Sequence record: PZ386970.1 | Length of the DNA stretch: 64,000 nt | Origin: a phage | Reading direction: 5' to 3' (one strand) | Part shown: positions 51,012-62,488 of the stretch, one piece after another | How the letters are laid out: the number at the start of each line of letters is the position of its first letter | Position numbering within the stretch: position 1 is the stretch's first letter | Program-made: the position numbers and the translations under genes | The notes under the pieces: generated by a model | The model's input: the letters and a program-made list of their open reading frames with translations, nothing else | Databases searched by the model: none | Told to the model about the DNA's origin: nothing

Positions 51012-54000
51012 ATGGCCGACATCAAACGTAAGTTCAGAGCCGAAGACGGTCTGGACGCCGGTGGCGACAAGATTGTTAACGTAGCATTAGCCGACCGTAC
51101 AGTAGGTACTGATGGCGTAAACGTTGACTTCCTGGTACAAGAAAACACCGTTCAAGTATATGATTCTACGCGTGGATATAACAAAGGATTTGTTGTTCTT
51201 TATGACAACCGTTTATATCAAGCAATAAATGATATCGTGTCTCCTTCAGGGGCATTTAACCTTTTACAATGGCGTGCAGTTCGTACTGATGCACAATGGA
51301 TAACTGTCGCTTCTGGGGCTTATCAACTTTCTTCAGGTGAATCGATTTCGGTTAACACTGGTGCCGGCAATGATATGGTTTTCACGTTGCCAAATGCGCC
51401 GGTTGATGGCGATACTGTTGTTTTGGCTGATATTGGTGGAAGAACCGGGACAGTTAAAGTACAGATTAACGCGTCTGTACAGAGTATTTTAAACTTTAGA
51501 GGTGAACAGGTTCGTACGGTTTTAATGACGCGACCACGTTCACAACTATTGTTTGTGTTTAGTAATCGTTTGTGGCAGATGTATATTACCGATTATGGTA
51601 AAGAATCAATCACTGTTACACCTGCGACACCATATCAAGCACAAGCAAATGATTTTATCGTTCGTCGTTTTACTAGTGCAGCACCAATCAACATTACACT
51701 TCCACGTAATGCTAACAATGGTGATATAATCAGCCTAGTCGATTTAGATAGATTAAACCCACTGTATCATACATTTGTTAAAACATTTGATGATACAACG
51801 TCTATTGGTGAAGTCGGGACTCATATTGCCGAAGGCAGAAATGACTCTGACGCGTTTTTTGTTTTTGATGCTGCAAATAGTTTATGGCGTATATGGGAAG
51901 GCGACCAGAAATCGCGTCTTCGTATTATCCGTGCGGATTCAAATATTCGTCCAAATGAAGAAGTTCTTATTTTTGGCACAAATAACATTACTACAGGAAC
52001 TATTAATCTTACGCTGCCTTCCGGAATTTTGAGTGGTGACACTGTTAAAATTTCAATGAACTACATGCGTAAAGGCCAAACGGTAAAAATTAAAGCTGCC
52101 GAAGGTGATACAATTGCTTCCACTGTTGCATTGCTTCAGTTCCCTAAACGTTCTGAATATCCACCTGATGCTCAATGGGTTTCTGTTACTGAACTAGAAT
52201 TCAATGGCACTACTTCATATGTTCCTGTATTAGAATTAGCGTATATCGAAGACACCGTTGCTGGTACACGTTATTGGGTTGTTCAACAAAACGTCCCAAC
52301 CGTAGAACGTGTTGATGCTGGAACTGATGCTACACGAGCTCGTTTAGGTGTTATTGCTCTTGCTACTCAAGCGCAAGCAAATGTTGATTTAGAGAATACT
52401 CCTGCTAAAGAAGTTGCTATTACTCCTGAAACGTTGGCAAATCGTACAGCAACTGAAGCTCGACGTGGTATCGCTAAAATTGCTACAACAGCACAAGTTA
52501 ACCAGAATTCCACAGCAACATTTGTGGACGATACTATTGTTACGCCTAAAAAACTAAATGAGCGTACAGCAACTGAAACTCGCCGTGGTCTTGCTGAAAT
52601 TGCTACTCAGGCTGAAACCGATGCAGGTCTTGATGACACAACGATTATTACGCCTAAGAAATTACAGGCACGTCAGGGTTCTGAAACACTATCTGGTATA
52701 GTTAAATATGTATCAACTACTTCTGCTACTCCTGCTGAAACTCGTGGGACTGCAGGCACTAACGTTTATAATAAAACCGTAAATAATTTAACTATTTCTC
52801 CTAAAGCCCTTGACCAATATAAAGCAACTTATGCTCAACAAGGTGCAGTAATTTTAGCTGTTGATAGTGAAGTAATTGCTGGACAATCTCAGTCTGGATA
52901 CTCTCACGCTGTAGTAACTCCTGAAACACTACATAAGAAAACTTCTACTGATGGACGTATTGGTTTAATTGAAATTGCTACGCAAGCAGAAACTAATGCT
53001 GGGACTGATTATACACGTGCAGTAACGCCTAAGACGTTAAATGATAGGAAAGCTACGGAAGGATTATCCGGCATAGCCGAAATTGCTACGCAAGTTGAAT
53101 TTGATACTGGAACTGATGATACTCGTATCTCGACTCCACTGAAAATTAAAACTCATTTTGATTCTTCTGACCGTACCAGTGTTAATTCTGATTCCGGACT
53201 TATTGAAGAAGGAACCTTGTGGAACCATTATACTCTTGATATTTCTAAAGCAAATGAAACACAACGTGGTACACTTCGCGTAGCGACTCAGGCAGAATCT
53301 AATGCAGGAACTTTAGATGATGTTCTTATTACTCCTAAAAAGCTTTTAGGGACTAAGTCCACTGAAACGTCTGAAGGCGTAATTAAGGTTGCTACTCAGG
53401 CTGAAACTGTAACAGGAACTTCTGCTAATACTGCTGTATCTCCTAAGAATTTAAAATGGATTGTCCAAAACGAACCAACATGGGCTGCTACTACAGCAAT
53501 TCGCGGATTCGTTAAAACTTCATCCGGTTCAATTACATTCGTTGGCAACGATACTCAAGGTAGTACCCAGGACCTGAATCTTTACGAGAAAAATAGTTAT
53601 GCTATTTCTCCATATGAATTAAACCGTGTATTAGCAAATTATTTGCCATTAAAAGCAAAAGCTGCTGACGCAAATTTATTAGATGGACTAGATTCATCTC
53701 AGTTCATTCGTAGAGATATTGCACAGACGGTTAATGGTTCACTAACCTTAACCCAACAAACTAACCTGAGTGCCCCTCTTGTATCAACTAGTACTGCTAC
53801 GTTTGGTGGTTCGGTATCTGCCAATAGTACATTGACTATTTCTAATACGGGAACAGCTACTCGTCTGATTTTTGAGAAAGGACCTCAAACTGGAACTAAC
53901 CCAGCGCAGACGATGAGTATCAGAGTTTGGGGAAATCAGTTTGGTGGCGGTTCAGATACAACACGTTCTACTGTATTTGAAGTTGGTGATGAAACGTCTA

Positions 54001-54887
54001 ATCATTTTTATTCTCAACGTAATAAAGATGGGAATATAGCGTTTAGCATTAATGGCACTGTAATGCCAATAAACATTAATGCTTCCGGTTTGATGAATGT
54101 GAATGGTGTTGCAACATTCGGTCGTTCAGTTACAGCCAATGGTGAATTCATTAGTAAGTCTGCAAATGCTTTCAGAGCAATTAGTGGTGATTACGGATTC
54201 TTTATTCGTAATGATGCTGCTAATACCTATTTTATGCTTACTGCATCAGGTGATCAGACTGGCGGATTTAATGGATTACGTCCTTTAGCTATTAATAATG
54301 CATCCGGCCAAGTAACGATTGGTGAAGGCTTAATCATTGCCAAAGGTGCTACTATAAATTCAGGTGGTTTAACTGTTAACTCGAGAATTCGTTCTCAGGG
54401 TTCTAAAACTGCTGATTTATACACTCGTGCTCCTACTGCTGATACAGTCGGATTCTGGTCAATTGATATTAACGATTCAGCCACTTATAACCAGTTCCCA
54501 GGTTATTTTAAAATGGTTGAAAAAACTAATGAAGTGACTGGGCTTCCATACTTAGAACGTGGCGAAGAAGTTAAATCTCCTGGTACTTTGACTCAATTTG
54601 GTAATACGCTTGATTCTCTTTACCAAGATTGGATTACTTATCCAACAACTCCAGAAGCACGTACAACCCGTTGGACACGTACATGGCAGAAAACTAAAAA
54701 TTCTTGGTCAAGTTTTGTTCAGGTATTTGATGGTGGAAACCCTCCTCAACCTTCTGATATTGGTGCTTTACCTTCTGATAATGCAACAATCGGAAACTTG
54801 ACAATAAGGGATTTCTTAAGGATTGGTAATGTCCGCATTATTCCAGACCCTGTGAATAAGTCTGTTAAATTCGAGTGGATTGAATAA
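51012..54887 (+). CDS. 34: Long tail fibre proximal subunit gp34
   Basis: 1291-aa ORF (T4 gp34 1289 aa); internal repeated ~40-aa modules; TATAAATA at 50974-50981. Confidence 0.95.
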   Translation: MADIKRKFRAEDGLDAGGDKIVNVALADRTVGTDGVNVDFLVQENTVQVYDSTRGYNKGFVVLYDNRLYQAINDIVSPSGAFNLLQWRAVRTDAQWITVASGAYQLSSGESISVNTGAGNDMVFTLPNAPVDGDTVVLADIGGRTGTVKVQINASVQSILNFRGEQVRTVLMTRPRSQLLFVFSNRLWQMYITDYGKESITVTPATPYQAQANDFIVRRFTSAAPINITLPRNANNGDIISLVDLDRLNPLYHTFVKTFDDTTSIGEVGTHIAEGRNDSDAFFVFDAANSLWRIWEGDQKSRLRIIRADSNIRPNEEVLIFGTNNITTGTINLTLPSGILSGDTVKISMNYMRKGQTVKIKAAEGDTIASTVALLQFPKRSEYPPDAQWVSVTELEFNGTTSYVPVLELAYIEDTVAGTRYWVVQQNVPTVERVDAGTDATRARLGVIALATQAQANVDLENTPAKEVAITPETLANRTATEARRGIAKIATTAQVNQNSTATFVDDTIVTPKKLNERTATETRRGLAEIATQAETDAGLDDTTIITPKKLQARQGSETLSGIVKYVSTTSATPAETRGTAGTNVYNKTVNNLTISPKALDQYKATYAQQGAVILAVDSEVIAGQSQSGYSHAVVTPETLHKKTSTDGRIGLIEIATQAETNAGTDYTRAVTPKTLNDRKATEGLSGIAEIATQVEFDTGTDDTRISTPLKIKTHFDSSDRTSVNSDSGLIEEGTLWNHYTLDISKANETQRGTLRVATQAESNAGTLDDVLITPKKLLGTKSTETSEGVIKVATQAETVTGTSANTAVSPKNLKWIVQNEPTWAATTAIRGFVKTSSGSITFVGNDTQGSTQDLNLYEKNSYAISPYELNRVLANYLPLKAKAADANLLDGLDSSQFIRRDIAQTVNGSLTLTQQTNLSAPLVSTSTATFGGSVSANSTLTISNTGTATRLIFEKGPQTGTNPAQTMSIRVWGNQFGGGSDTTRSTVFEVGDETSNHFYSQRNKDGNIAFSINGTVMPININASGLMNVNGVATFGRSVTANGEFISKSANAFRAISGDYGFFIRNDAANTYFMLTASGDQTGGFNGLRPLAINNASGQVTIGEGLIIAKGATINSGGLTVNSRIRSQGSKTADLYTRAPTADTVGFWSIDINDSATYNQFPGYFKMVEKTNEVTGLPYLERGEEVKSPGTLTQFGNTLDSLYQDWITYPTTPEARTTRWTRTWQKTKNSWSSFVQVFDGGNPPQPSDIGALPSDNATIGNLTIRDFLRIGNVRIIPDPVNKSVKFEWIE

Positions 54888-54895
54888 GAGGTATT

Positions 54896-56023
54896 ATGGA
54901 AAAATTTATGGCTAAGTTTGGACAAGGATACGTCCAAACGCCATTTTTATCGGAAAGCAATTCAGTACGATTTAAATTAAGCATAGCGGGCTCTTGTCCG
55001 CTATCAACATCTCCTACTTATATTAAGTTCCAAGATAATCCACTCGGGTCCCAGGTTTTTTCCGTTGGATTAAACGTTCGTGTAATAAATCCTACAACAG
55101 GTGCAGTAGTTGAATCTAAGTCATATAATTTCTCTACTGAAAACGACGCCACGTCAAGTGCATTTGTTACTTACATGGACACATATGCTTCAAATTTTAT
55201 ATTTGCTCTTGTTACTAACGCTAAAACAAACTTTCCTCCTGAAGTTCTTGCATGGTTTACTAAAGCTGGAAGTTCTGTTATTCCATTAGCTCAACAAGTT
55301 TTAAATATAGTGGACATTTCTTATTCGGCATTTTATATTTCTGGTAAGAATGCTATAGCACTAGAACATATTAAGTATAGTAATAAGAAAACTTCAACTG
55401 ACTATAGTACACCACTTGATGTTGTGTACGACACTATCAATGATATCGGTGCTACCGGCTTCCCTAGTCGTACGTATGAATCGACAGACACATTTTTATC
55501 TGCTGTTGGGGGTACTAATAATGAAATTAAAAGGATGCCTACAACATCCCTTATTACACCTCTCGCCGGGTATAAATTGAAGCCTGGAGATTTCCTTTAT
55601 ACGAAATTCCAACTAACAGCAGATGCTGATTTGTTAGCACAAGGGACGACACGACTTTCTATTCGTTTCTTTAAATCTCCTTCTACTTCACCTATTTCAT
55701 TTAAGGATATAAACTTTGATGGGAACGCAGGTGAATGGAAGATATATGAAGACTACATAGAAATTCCTGCTGGTGCTGACGGGTTCACGATTTATTGTTA
55801 TCGTACAGCTCCAGTCGGGCAAGGTGGATTAAGAAACGTTATATTCACTGAAGTATCATGTAATGGAAGCGTTTCAAAACCTGCCGAGTTTGGTATAAAT
55901 GGTATTCGTGTAAATTATGTTTCAGAATCTTTAAGTGCCCCAGACATAATGACATTACCTACTCAATCTTCAACCGATACTGGTAAGGTATTTGGACAAG
56001 AATTTAAAGAAGCATCAGAATAA
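54896..56023 (+). CDS. 35: Long tail fibre hinge connector gp35
   Basis: 375-aa ORF; synteny. Confidence 0.85.
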   Translation: MEKFMAKFGQGYVQTPFLSESNSVRFKLSIAGSCPLSTSPTYIKFQDNPLGSQVFSVGLNVRVINPTTGAVVESKSYNFSTENDATSSAFVTYMDTYASNFIFALVTNAKTNFPPEVLAWFTKAGSSVIPLAQQVLNIVDISYSAFYISGKNAIALEHIKYSNKKTSTDYSTPLDVVYDTINDIGATGFPSRTYESTDTFLSAVGGTNNEIKRMPTTSLITPLAGYKLKPGDFLYTKFQLTADADLLAQGTTRLSIRFFKSPSTSPISFKDINFDGNAGEWKIYEDYIEIPAGADGFTIYCYRTAPVGQGGLRNVIFTEVSCNGSVSKPAEFGINGIRVNYVSESLSAPDIMTLPTQSSTDTGKVFGQEFKEASE

Positions 56024-56028
56024 ATTTA

Positions 56029-56052
56029 GGGAGACTTCGGTCTCCCATTTTT
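56029..56052 (+). terminator. Terminator after gene 35
   Basis: GGGAGAC-TTCG-GTCTCCC followed by ATTTTTG. Confidence 0.8.
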
Positions 56053-56053
56053 G

Positions 56054-56061
56054 TATAAATA
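56054..56061 (+). promoter_or_regulatory. Late promoter TATAAATA (gene 36)
   Basis: Exact TATAAATA directly after the gene 35 terminator. Confidence 0.6.
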
Positions 56062-56085
56062 TGGTATACATATAAGGAGACAACT

Positions 56086-56745
56086 ATGGCCGATTTAAAA
56101 GCTGGTAGTACAACTGGTGGTGCCGTTATATGGCATCAAGGTAATTTCCCTTTAATGCCAGCAGGTGATGACGTCCTGTATAAAACGTTTAAACTCTATT
56201 CAGAATATAATAAACCACAAGCTGTTGATAACGATTTCGTTTCTAAAGCAAATGGTGGTACTTATTTAAATAAGGTAATTTTTAATAAAGGAATGACTGT
56301 CCCTGGCGCAGGATCAGGTGACAATGGTATTTTTGCTGGTCCTGGTGATAATGCCACGTATGATACTACAAATATGGATATTGTTTCGTGGTACGGTATT
56401 GGTTTTAAATCATCACAAGGTTCAGCAGCCCGAACTGTTGTAATTAATACACGTAATGGTGATATTAGCACAAAAGGTGTTGTATCAGCATCAGGTCAAG
56501 TAAGAAGTGATGCGGCTGCTCCTATAGCAGCAAATGACCTTACTCGTAAAGATTATGTTGATGGACGAATAAATATTGTTACGGATAACGCAAATTCCCG
56601 TGTATTGCGTAAAGGCGATACCATGACTGGTACTTTAACAGCACCAAACTTTTTCTCACAGAATCCGGCCTCCGAGGCTAATCATGTTCCTCGTTTCGAC
56701 CAGATTGTAATTAAAGATTCTGTTCAAGATTTCGGCTATTATTAA
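56086..56745 (+). CDS. 36: Long tail fibre distal connector gp36
   Basis: 219-aa ORF; TATAAATA at 56054-56061 after a strong terminator. Confidence 0.85.
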   Translation: MADLKAGSTTGGAVIWHQGNFPLMPAGDDVLYKTFKLYSEYNKPQAVDNDFVSKANGGTYLNKVIFNKGMTVPGAGSGDNGIFAGPGDNATYDTTNMDIVSWYGIGFKSSQGSAARTVVINTRNGDISTKGVVSASGQVRSDAAAPIAANDLTRKDYVDGRINIVTDNANSRVLRKGDTMTGTLTAPNFFSQNPASEANHVPRFDQIVIKDSVQDFGYY

Positions 56746-56753
56746 GAGGACTT

Positions 56754-59700
56754 ATGGCTACATTAAAACAGATACAATTTAAAAGAAGCAAAGTGGCAGG
56801 AGTTAATCCTACTGCAGCACAATTAGCCGAAGGCGAATTAGCGATAAACTTAAAAGACCGAACTCTTTTTACTAAAGATGACCTCGGTAATATTATTAGC
56901 CTAGGCTTTGCTAAGGGCGGGGATATTAACGGTAATGTAACTCAAACCGGCGATTATTTACAAAACGGCACATATAATCTTAATGGAAACCAGTTTGTTT
57001 ATGCAGGAAAGTATATTGAATTCTTGCCAAAAACTGCTGGAAACGGCGCCTGGGCTAACCAACATCTGAATAAAGCCCCTATCTTTACAGATTTGAGTTC
57101 AACTACTTCAACTTCTGAATATCATCCGCTGATTAAACAACGCTATAAAGATGGAACTTTTTCTGTCGGTACATTAGTAAATGAAGGAAGTTTTAAGATT
57201 CATTATATCAATGAATCTGGGGATTCGAAATATTGGACTTTTAATCGAAACGGTAATTTCATCGTAGATTCTGGTAGTATTGAAGTTCGTGCTGGTAATA
57301 TTTCCGCTTCTGGAAATATTAATTCAGCTACTGGTGTAATTTCTGCACCTCGTGTTATCACAAAAAATATTAATTTAAGTACAAAGACTTTTATTCCTAA
57401 TAACGACGCTGGGTATGATTTAGTTTCTTTGCCTACTTGGATTTATAATCCGCCGGCAGATGGTTCTGACCGTAATACAAATGGTCTTAACTACATCCGT
57501 AAGATGAGGGCTTCAAATACTTCTAGTATTTTCCATGAAATAGTTGATTGTCGTTCAGGAAAGCCACAAGAAATTTCTTGGTGGACAGGCGTAGGTCCAG
57601 AATCTTTCCAATGGGCGTTTGATACTTCTGGGCGTATTACCGCAGGTAAATCTATTTCAGTAGGTCTTCCTGATAACGGTTCAAATGGACGTTATCCTTT
57701 AGATTCTGCCATTTCTATTGGTATTGCAATTGGTGATAACGACACCGGTATTAAATGGGTCCGCGACGGTGTTATTGATTTCATGGCTAACGGTATTTCA
57801 TCCGCTACCATTTTGAATAACGGTATTAACAGCACCAAGAAATTGATGGTTGGTTATAGCCGAGATTCAGGTTCTACTTGGGATTTCCCAAATAACAACC
57901 AAGCAATGTTTACTGCTCGTACTGATATTGATGGCAATAATAACGGTGATGGTCAGACTCATATCGGTTATAACAGCAATTCTAAAATGTATCACTATTT
58001 CCGTGGCACGGGTCGTATGGCTGTTGGTATGGCAGAAGGTTTAATTGTTGAGCCTGGCATTTTAGATATTAAAACCGGTTCAAATTCGTTAAATTTGCGT
58101 GCTGATGGTACCATCGCTTCGGTTCAAACGTTAAAACTTAATAATGGATTATATTTTAATGGTGATGGAACTAATGCTTCTCTAGTTTTTAAAGCAGCTT
58201 CAGGTATTGATGGTACTAAGCAAATAATGTGGGAAGGTGGTACTCGTGCTGGGCAGAATAAAAGCTACGTAACTGTTAAAGCATGGGGTAATTCATTTAA
58301 CGCATCCGGCGATCGTAATCGTGAAACTGTATTTGAAGTTAGTGACGGGCAAGGATATTATTTTTATTCACAGCGTGTGGCTCCAAGTGGCTCTGAAACT
58401 ACTGGGCCTGTTGTAACCCAGTTCAATGGACAAGTTAATGCTAGAGGAAGCTTAATAACCGACGGAAGTCTTAGAGTTAACGGATTAAGCACTCTAGTTG
58501 GCAACGTTACAATGAATAATGGATTGTTTGTTCAAGGTGGTGCCTCAATTACCGGACAGGTTAAAATTGGTGGAACAGCTGATGCATTAAGAATTTGGAA
58601 TGCTGAATACGGGGCTATTTTCCGCCGCTCGGAAGCATCATTATATATTATTCCGACTCCTAAAGATGCTGGTGAAAGCGGTGGAATAAGTAATCTTAGA
58701 CCATTGATAATAGAACTGAACACTGGCACAGTTAAAATGTCGCATGATGTTCATTTAGGAGATTCTGGATCTGGTACAGGATTATTACAAGTAAGTAATA
58801 GTCTTAAAACTATTAAAATGATATGCCCAGTAACTATTAACGAACGTAATGCAGCGCTTACTCTAGATTCTCCTTCATCTTCTTCTGCTAATTATTTACA
58901 GGGTTCTAAAGCTGGAACTAGATCGTGGTATGTTGGTCTTGGTGGCTCAGGAAATGATTTATCACTTTATAGTCAATCTTATGGCCATGGTATTGTTATA
59001 AGCGATAATTTCGTGTCAATTACTAAACCATTAAAAGTTGGTAATGCTCAATTCGGTACCGATGGTAACATCACTGGCGGTACTGGTAATTTTGCTAACT
59101 TGAATACCACAATAAATAACCTTAAGACGGATATTGTGTCGAGTTACCCAATTGGTGCTCCGATTCCTTGGCCTACTGATACACCTCCTGAAGGTTATGC
59201 CATAATGGAAGGCCAGACGTTTGATGTTGGCTTGTATCCTAAGTTAGCTGCGGTGTATCCTTCTGGCGCTCTGCCTGATATGCGTGGTCAGACGATTAAA
59301 GGTAAACCATCTGGGCGTGCTGTATTGAGTACAGAAGCAGACGGTGTTAAGTCACATAGTCATAGTGCAAGTGCATCAAGCACAGATTTGGGTACTAAGA
59401 CCACTTCTAGTTTTGATTACGGTAGCAAAACGACTTCAAGCTTTGATTATGGTACTAAGACCAGTAATACCACTGGCAACCACAACCATACAGTGAGTGG
59501 TAATACTAGTTCAGCAGGAGCTCACCAACACGCTCGTTCAGGCCCTCAAATGCAAGGCGGCATACCAACTAGCATATTCTATGATGGATACAATAGCGCG
59601 GGTCCAAACGGCAACGCTAAAATCACTGGAACCGTGAGTGGTGCTACTGCATCGTCGAATATGGCCAAAACTTCTTCAGATGGTGCCCACACCCACAGTT

Positions 59701-59900
59701 GGTCAGGAACCACTAGTGCTACGGGTAACCATGCTCATACCGTGGGTATTGGTGCTCATACCCATTCGGTAGGTATTGGTGCTCATACTCATACTGTTGC
59801 AATTGGTTCCCATGGACATACAATAACTGTAAATGCCACAGGAAATACAGAAAACACAGTTAAAAACGTTGCTTTTAACTATATCGTTCGTTTAGCATAA
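56754..59900 (+). CDS. 37: Long tail fibre distal subunit gp37 (receptor-binding needle with His-X-His repeats)
   Basis: 1048-aa ORF (T4 gp37 1026 aa); N-terminus shares motifs with gp34/gp36; C-terminal repeated HxH motifs ([24 protein letters not shown]). Confidence 0.9.
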   Translation: MATLKQIQFKRSKVAGVNPTAAQLAEGELAINLKDRTLFTKDDLGNIISLGFAKGGDINGNVTQTGDYLQNGTYNLNGNQFVYAGKYIEFLPKTAGNGAWANQHLNKAPIFTDLSSTTSTSEYHPLIKQRYKDGTFSVGTLVNEGSFKIHYINESGDSKYWTFNRNGNFIVDSGSIEVRAGNISASGNINSATGVISAPRVITKNINLSTKTFIPNNDAGYDLVSLPTWIYNPPADGSDRNTNGLNYIRKMRASNTSSIFHEIVDCRSGKPQEISWWTGVGPESFQWAFDTSGRITAGKSISVGLPDNGSNGRYPLDSAISIGIAIGDNDTGIKWVRDGVIDFMANGISSATILNNGINSTKKLMVGYSRDSGSTWDFPNNNQAMFTARTDIDGNNNGDGQTHIGYNSNSKMYHYFRGTGRMAVGMAEGLIVEPGILDIKTGSNSLNLRADGTIASVQTLKLNNGLYFNGDGTNASLVFKAASGIDGTKQIMWEGGTRAGQNKSYVTVKAWGNSFNASGDRNRETVFEVSDGQGYYFYSQRVAPSGSETTGPVVTQFNGQVNARGSLITDGSLRVNGLSTLVGNVTMNNGLFVQGGASITGQVKIGGTADALRIWNAEYGAIFRRSEASLYIIPTPKDAGESGGISNLRPLIIELNTGTVKMSHDVHLGDSGSGTGLLQVSNSLKTIKMICPVTINERNAALTLDSPSSSSANYLQGSKAGTRSWYVGLGGSGNDLSLYSQSYGHGIVISDNFVSITKPLKVGNAQFGTDGNITGGTGNFANLNTTINNLKTDIVSSYPIGAPIPWPTDTPPEGYAIMEGQTFDVGLYPKLAAVYPSGALPDMRGQTIKGKPSGRAVLSTEADGVKSHSHSASASSTDLGTKTTSSFDYGSKTTSSFDYGTKTSNTTGNHNHTVSGNTSSAGAHQHARSGPQMQGGIPTSIFYDGYNSAGPNGNAKITGTVSGATASSNMAKTSSDGAHTHSWSGTTSATGNHAHTVGIGAHTHSVGIGAHTHTVAIGSHGHTITVNATGNTENTVKNVAFNYIVRLA

Positions 59901-59903
59901 GGA

Positions 59904-59926
59904 GAAGGGACTTCTGTCCCTTTTTA
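59904..59926 (+). terminator. Terminator after gene 37
   Basis: GGGAC-TTCT-GTCCC followed by TTTTTAT. Confidence 0.7.
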
Positions 59927-59930
59927 TAAT

Positions 59931-60482
59931 ATGAAACTCTATCACTATTATTTTGACACTAAAGAATTTTACAAAGAAGAAAATTATAAACCATTAAAAG
60001 GCGTAGGATTTCCGGCTCATTCGACACCAAAAAAACCTTTAGACCCTAAAGAAGGCTATGCTGTTATATTTGACGAACGCGAACAAGAATGGGTATATGT
60101 TGAAGACCATCGCGGAAAAACAGTATGGACTTATGATAAACAAAAAATTGTTATTGACACTCCAGGTGCTCTTCAAAATGTTACTACAGAAGAACCTGGT
60201 GAATTTGACATTTGGACCGACGACGGGTGGAAGGAAGATGAAGCATATAAACGTGTAGTTCAACGTGATAAGAAAATTCATGAACTCTATAAATTATTCA
60301 GTGTTTTAAGTTCTCTTATTGACGCAGAGGTTGCTAATAGAGAAGAAAAACGAAAATTTAAAGAGCTCAAAAAATTCTTTGCCCTTTTAGAAAAACATGA
60401 ACATCTTGGCGGCGAATTCCCTAAATTCCCTGACCTTGAAAACAAATCTATTATCAAAGCGATTATAAATATCTTTAAGTAA
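59931..60482 (+). CDS. 38: Tail fibre assembly chaperone gp38 (T4 type)
   Basis: 183-aa ORF; MKLYHYYFDTKEFYKEENYKP... and FFALLEKHEHLGGEFP match T4 gp38 from memory. Confidence 0.88.
   Translation: MKLYHYYFDTKEFYKEENYKPLKGVGFPAHSTPKKPLDPKEGYAVIFDEREQEWVYVEDHRGKTVWTYDKQKIVIDTPGALQNVTTEEPGEFDIWTDDGWKEDEAYKRVVQRDKKIHELYKLFSVLSSLIDAEVANREEKRKFKELKKFFALLEKHEHLGGEFPKFPDLENKSIIKAIINIFK
60464..60471 (+). promoter_or_regulatory. Late promoter TATAAATA (holin t), inside the gene 38 3' end
   Basis: Exact TATAAATA about 20 bp upstream of the t ATG. Confidence 0.55.
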
Positions 60483-60491
60483 GGAGGTATT

Positions 60492-61151
60492 ATGGCAACA
60501 CCAAAAGTGTCATTTTCGCCTAGTGATATTCTATTTGGGTTGCTAGATCGTATTTTCAAAGATAACGCTACTGGAAAGGTTTTAATGTCCCGAGTAGCGG
60601 TAATTATTCTTTTGTTCCTAATGGCACTAATATGGTACAAAGGAAGTATTTTGCTGGATTATTATGTAAGATCTAAGTATGATACTTATACTGAAATAAT
60701 CCAAAAAGAACGAGCTTTACGTTTTGAATCTGCGGCTCTAGAACAACTGCAAATAGTTCATATCTCATCTGGTGCAGATTTTAGTGCTGTGTATTCTTTC
60801 AGACCTAAAAACTTAAATTATTTCGTCGACCTTATAGCTTATGAAGGCAAACTGCCTAGCACAATTTCTGAAAAGTCCCTTGGAGGATTCCCAGTAGATA
60901 AAACGGCCAATGAATATATAATTCATTTAAGTGGCCGTCATTTCTCGTCTAAATCAGAATTTGCATTTTTGCCTACAAAATCTAAGACTGCCGAACTTTC
61001 TTATATGTATAGTTGTCCATACTTTAATTTGGATAACATCTATGCTGGAACTGTGACGATGTATTGGTATAAGGGGAATAATATACTTGAGGAAGATCGC
61101 TTAGCGGCTATATGCAACCAAGCGGTCCGAATACTAGGAAGGGCTAAATAA
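60492..61151 (+). CDS. t: Holin T
   Basis: 219-aa ORF; near-identical to T4 holin t (218 aa) incl. single N-terminal TM segment and ...ARILGRAK C-terminus; TATAAATA at 60464-60471. Confidence 0.92.
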   Translation: MATPKVSFSPSDILFGLLDRIFKDNATGKVLMSRVAVIILLFLMALIWYKGSILLDYYVRSKYDTYTEIIQKERALRFESAALEQLQIVHISSGADFSAVYSFRPKNLNYFVDLIAYEGKLPSTISEKSLGGFPVDKTANEYIIHLSGRHFSSKSEFAFLPTKSKTAELSYMYSCPYFNLDNIYAGTVTMYWYKGNNILEEDRLAAICNQAVRILGRAK

Positions 61152-61424
61152 TTAGTTGTTAGAATACATCGCTAAATGACGATAAATATTTTCAAAACCT
61201 TCATTGAATTCACTAATCAGTGTTTTCTTTTCTTCGGCAGTTAAATTTGTAATTAGTTTTCTGAACGAATTCTGATTTAGCTGCCGACCATCTTTTTTAA
61301 TTCCAATCTCATTCAAGAATCCGATGAAACTTGCTCGGTCTTCAACAATATCTTCCCTAGAGAATTTAATCAAAATAGAAGCAATAGTAATAATTTCACG
61401 TACGATTTCAATATCTTTATTCAT
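61152..61424 (-). CDS. asiA: Anti-sigma70 factor AsiA
   Basis: 90-aa ORF; MNK.I..VREIIT.ASILIKFSREDIVE.RA.FI.FLNEIG matches T4 AsiA from memory. Confidence 0.9.
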   Translation of the reverse strand: MNKDIEIVREIITIASILIKFSREDIVEDRASFIGFLNEIGIKKDGRQLNQNSFRKLITNLTAEEKKTLISEFNEGFENIYRHLAMYSNN

Positions 61425-61470
61425 AACGTTTTATTCATTCCACTTAATTGATAGGAGTATAGTACCATTA

Positions 61471-61632
61471 TCAGTGTTGATTGTAAACGACTTTTTCTAC
61501 GCTTTTAACGTAATCAATGTAGTCTTCCTGTTCGTACGAGTTTAAGGCTAAGAACGAGGCTAATAGTTCATTATAGACTAAAGCCTCACGCTCACGTTCG
61601 GCCTCTACTACGTTCTGAAGATTATGACTCAT
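61471..61632 (-). CDS. Hypothetical small protein
   Basis: Start moved to internal Met (MSHNLQNVV...) to limit overlap with upstream ORF; about 53 aa. Confidence 0.35.
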   Translation of the reverse strand: MSHNLQNVVEAEREREALVYNELLASFLALNSYEQEDYIDYVKSVEKVVYNQH

Positions 61633-61921
61633 ATCGTTCCTTATAGCTATCAATGTAGTCCTGTATGTCAAAGAATGACATTTCATATTCTAGGACATTA
61701 AGAGCCCGTTCTTCAGTATAGTCAGAACCAAAGACGATAGTGATTTCACCAGGCTTCATATGGTTGAAATCGACACTAAAAGGAATACGAGAACACACTT
61801 CGTCTGCCATATCTACGATAACACTACGGCACACTTCTCGGTTAACCTGATAAAGCTCTGCAAGTTCTTCACAACGAATAACAAGTTCAGTGGCAGGATT
61901 TTCTTTGATTTTAGTAAACAT
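61622..61921 (-). CDS. arn: Arn-like anti-restriction protein (inhibitor of McrBC) - positional call
   Basis: 99-aa acidic ORF in the arn position between asiA and motA; assignment by synteny and size rather than remembered sequence. Confidence 0.5.
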   Translation of the reverse strand: MFTKIKENPATELVIRCEELAELYQVNREVCRSVIVDMADEVCSRIPFSVDFNHMKPGEITIVFGSDYTEERALNVLEYEMSFFDIQDYIDSYKERYES

Positions 61922-61995
61922 AGTCTTTACCCTTATGTTTTTGTTTGCGTTTAGATTGAAGTTCTGATTTCTTCTTGTCCTTATGGACAGAAGCC

Positions 61996-62223
61996 TTATT
62001 GAAATCGTGTTTTGCTACAAGATTGTTCATAATGATTTATAACCTCGTTTAAACATTTATCGGTAAAAGAAAACTTTTTAGCCACAGAACATTCGATAAT
62101 GTGCTCTTTCAAATCTTTAGGGTCGGTATAACCCATCTCAGTAATAAAGTGGCGAATTAAAGCTTTATTCTTATCATTAACAGAATTAAAATAATCTGCT
62201 TTAGAATCAATTATTCTCATCAT
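61996..62223 (-). CDS. Hypothetical protein
   Basis: 75-aa ORF in the arn-motA array. Confidence 0.45.
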   Translation of the reverse strand: MMRIIDSKADYFNSVNDKNKALIRHFITEMGYTDPKDLKEHIIECSVAKKFSFTDKCLNEVINHYEQSCSKTRFQ

Positions 62224-62488
62224 CTAATTTCCTTAATTGATATTGCAACGAGCTAATAATTTCTTCGTTCATTTTAATATACATGTCGCGCAAGAAAGGT
62301 TTTAACCCATCACGAATAATTGCTAACGTATCACCTTTACATAAATTAACCAAATAAGGATGATCTAAAGCATCCCAACCAGGCTGATTAGCATACATAC
62401 CATAATTTTCTTCCATCATAGCATTCAGGCGTTTGATATGATTAATGTGGGCTTCAATAGCATCAATCTGGAGTTGTTTAAGATTCAT
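62207..62488 (-). CDS. Hypothetical protein
   Basis: 93-aa ORF. Confidence 0.45.
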   Translation of the reverse strand: MNLKQLQIDAIEAHINHIKRLNAMMEENYGMYANQPGWDALDHPYLVNLCKGDTLAIIRDGLKPFLRDMYIKMNEEIISSLQYQLRKLDDENN

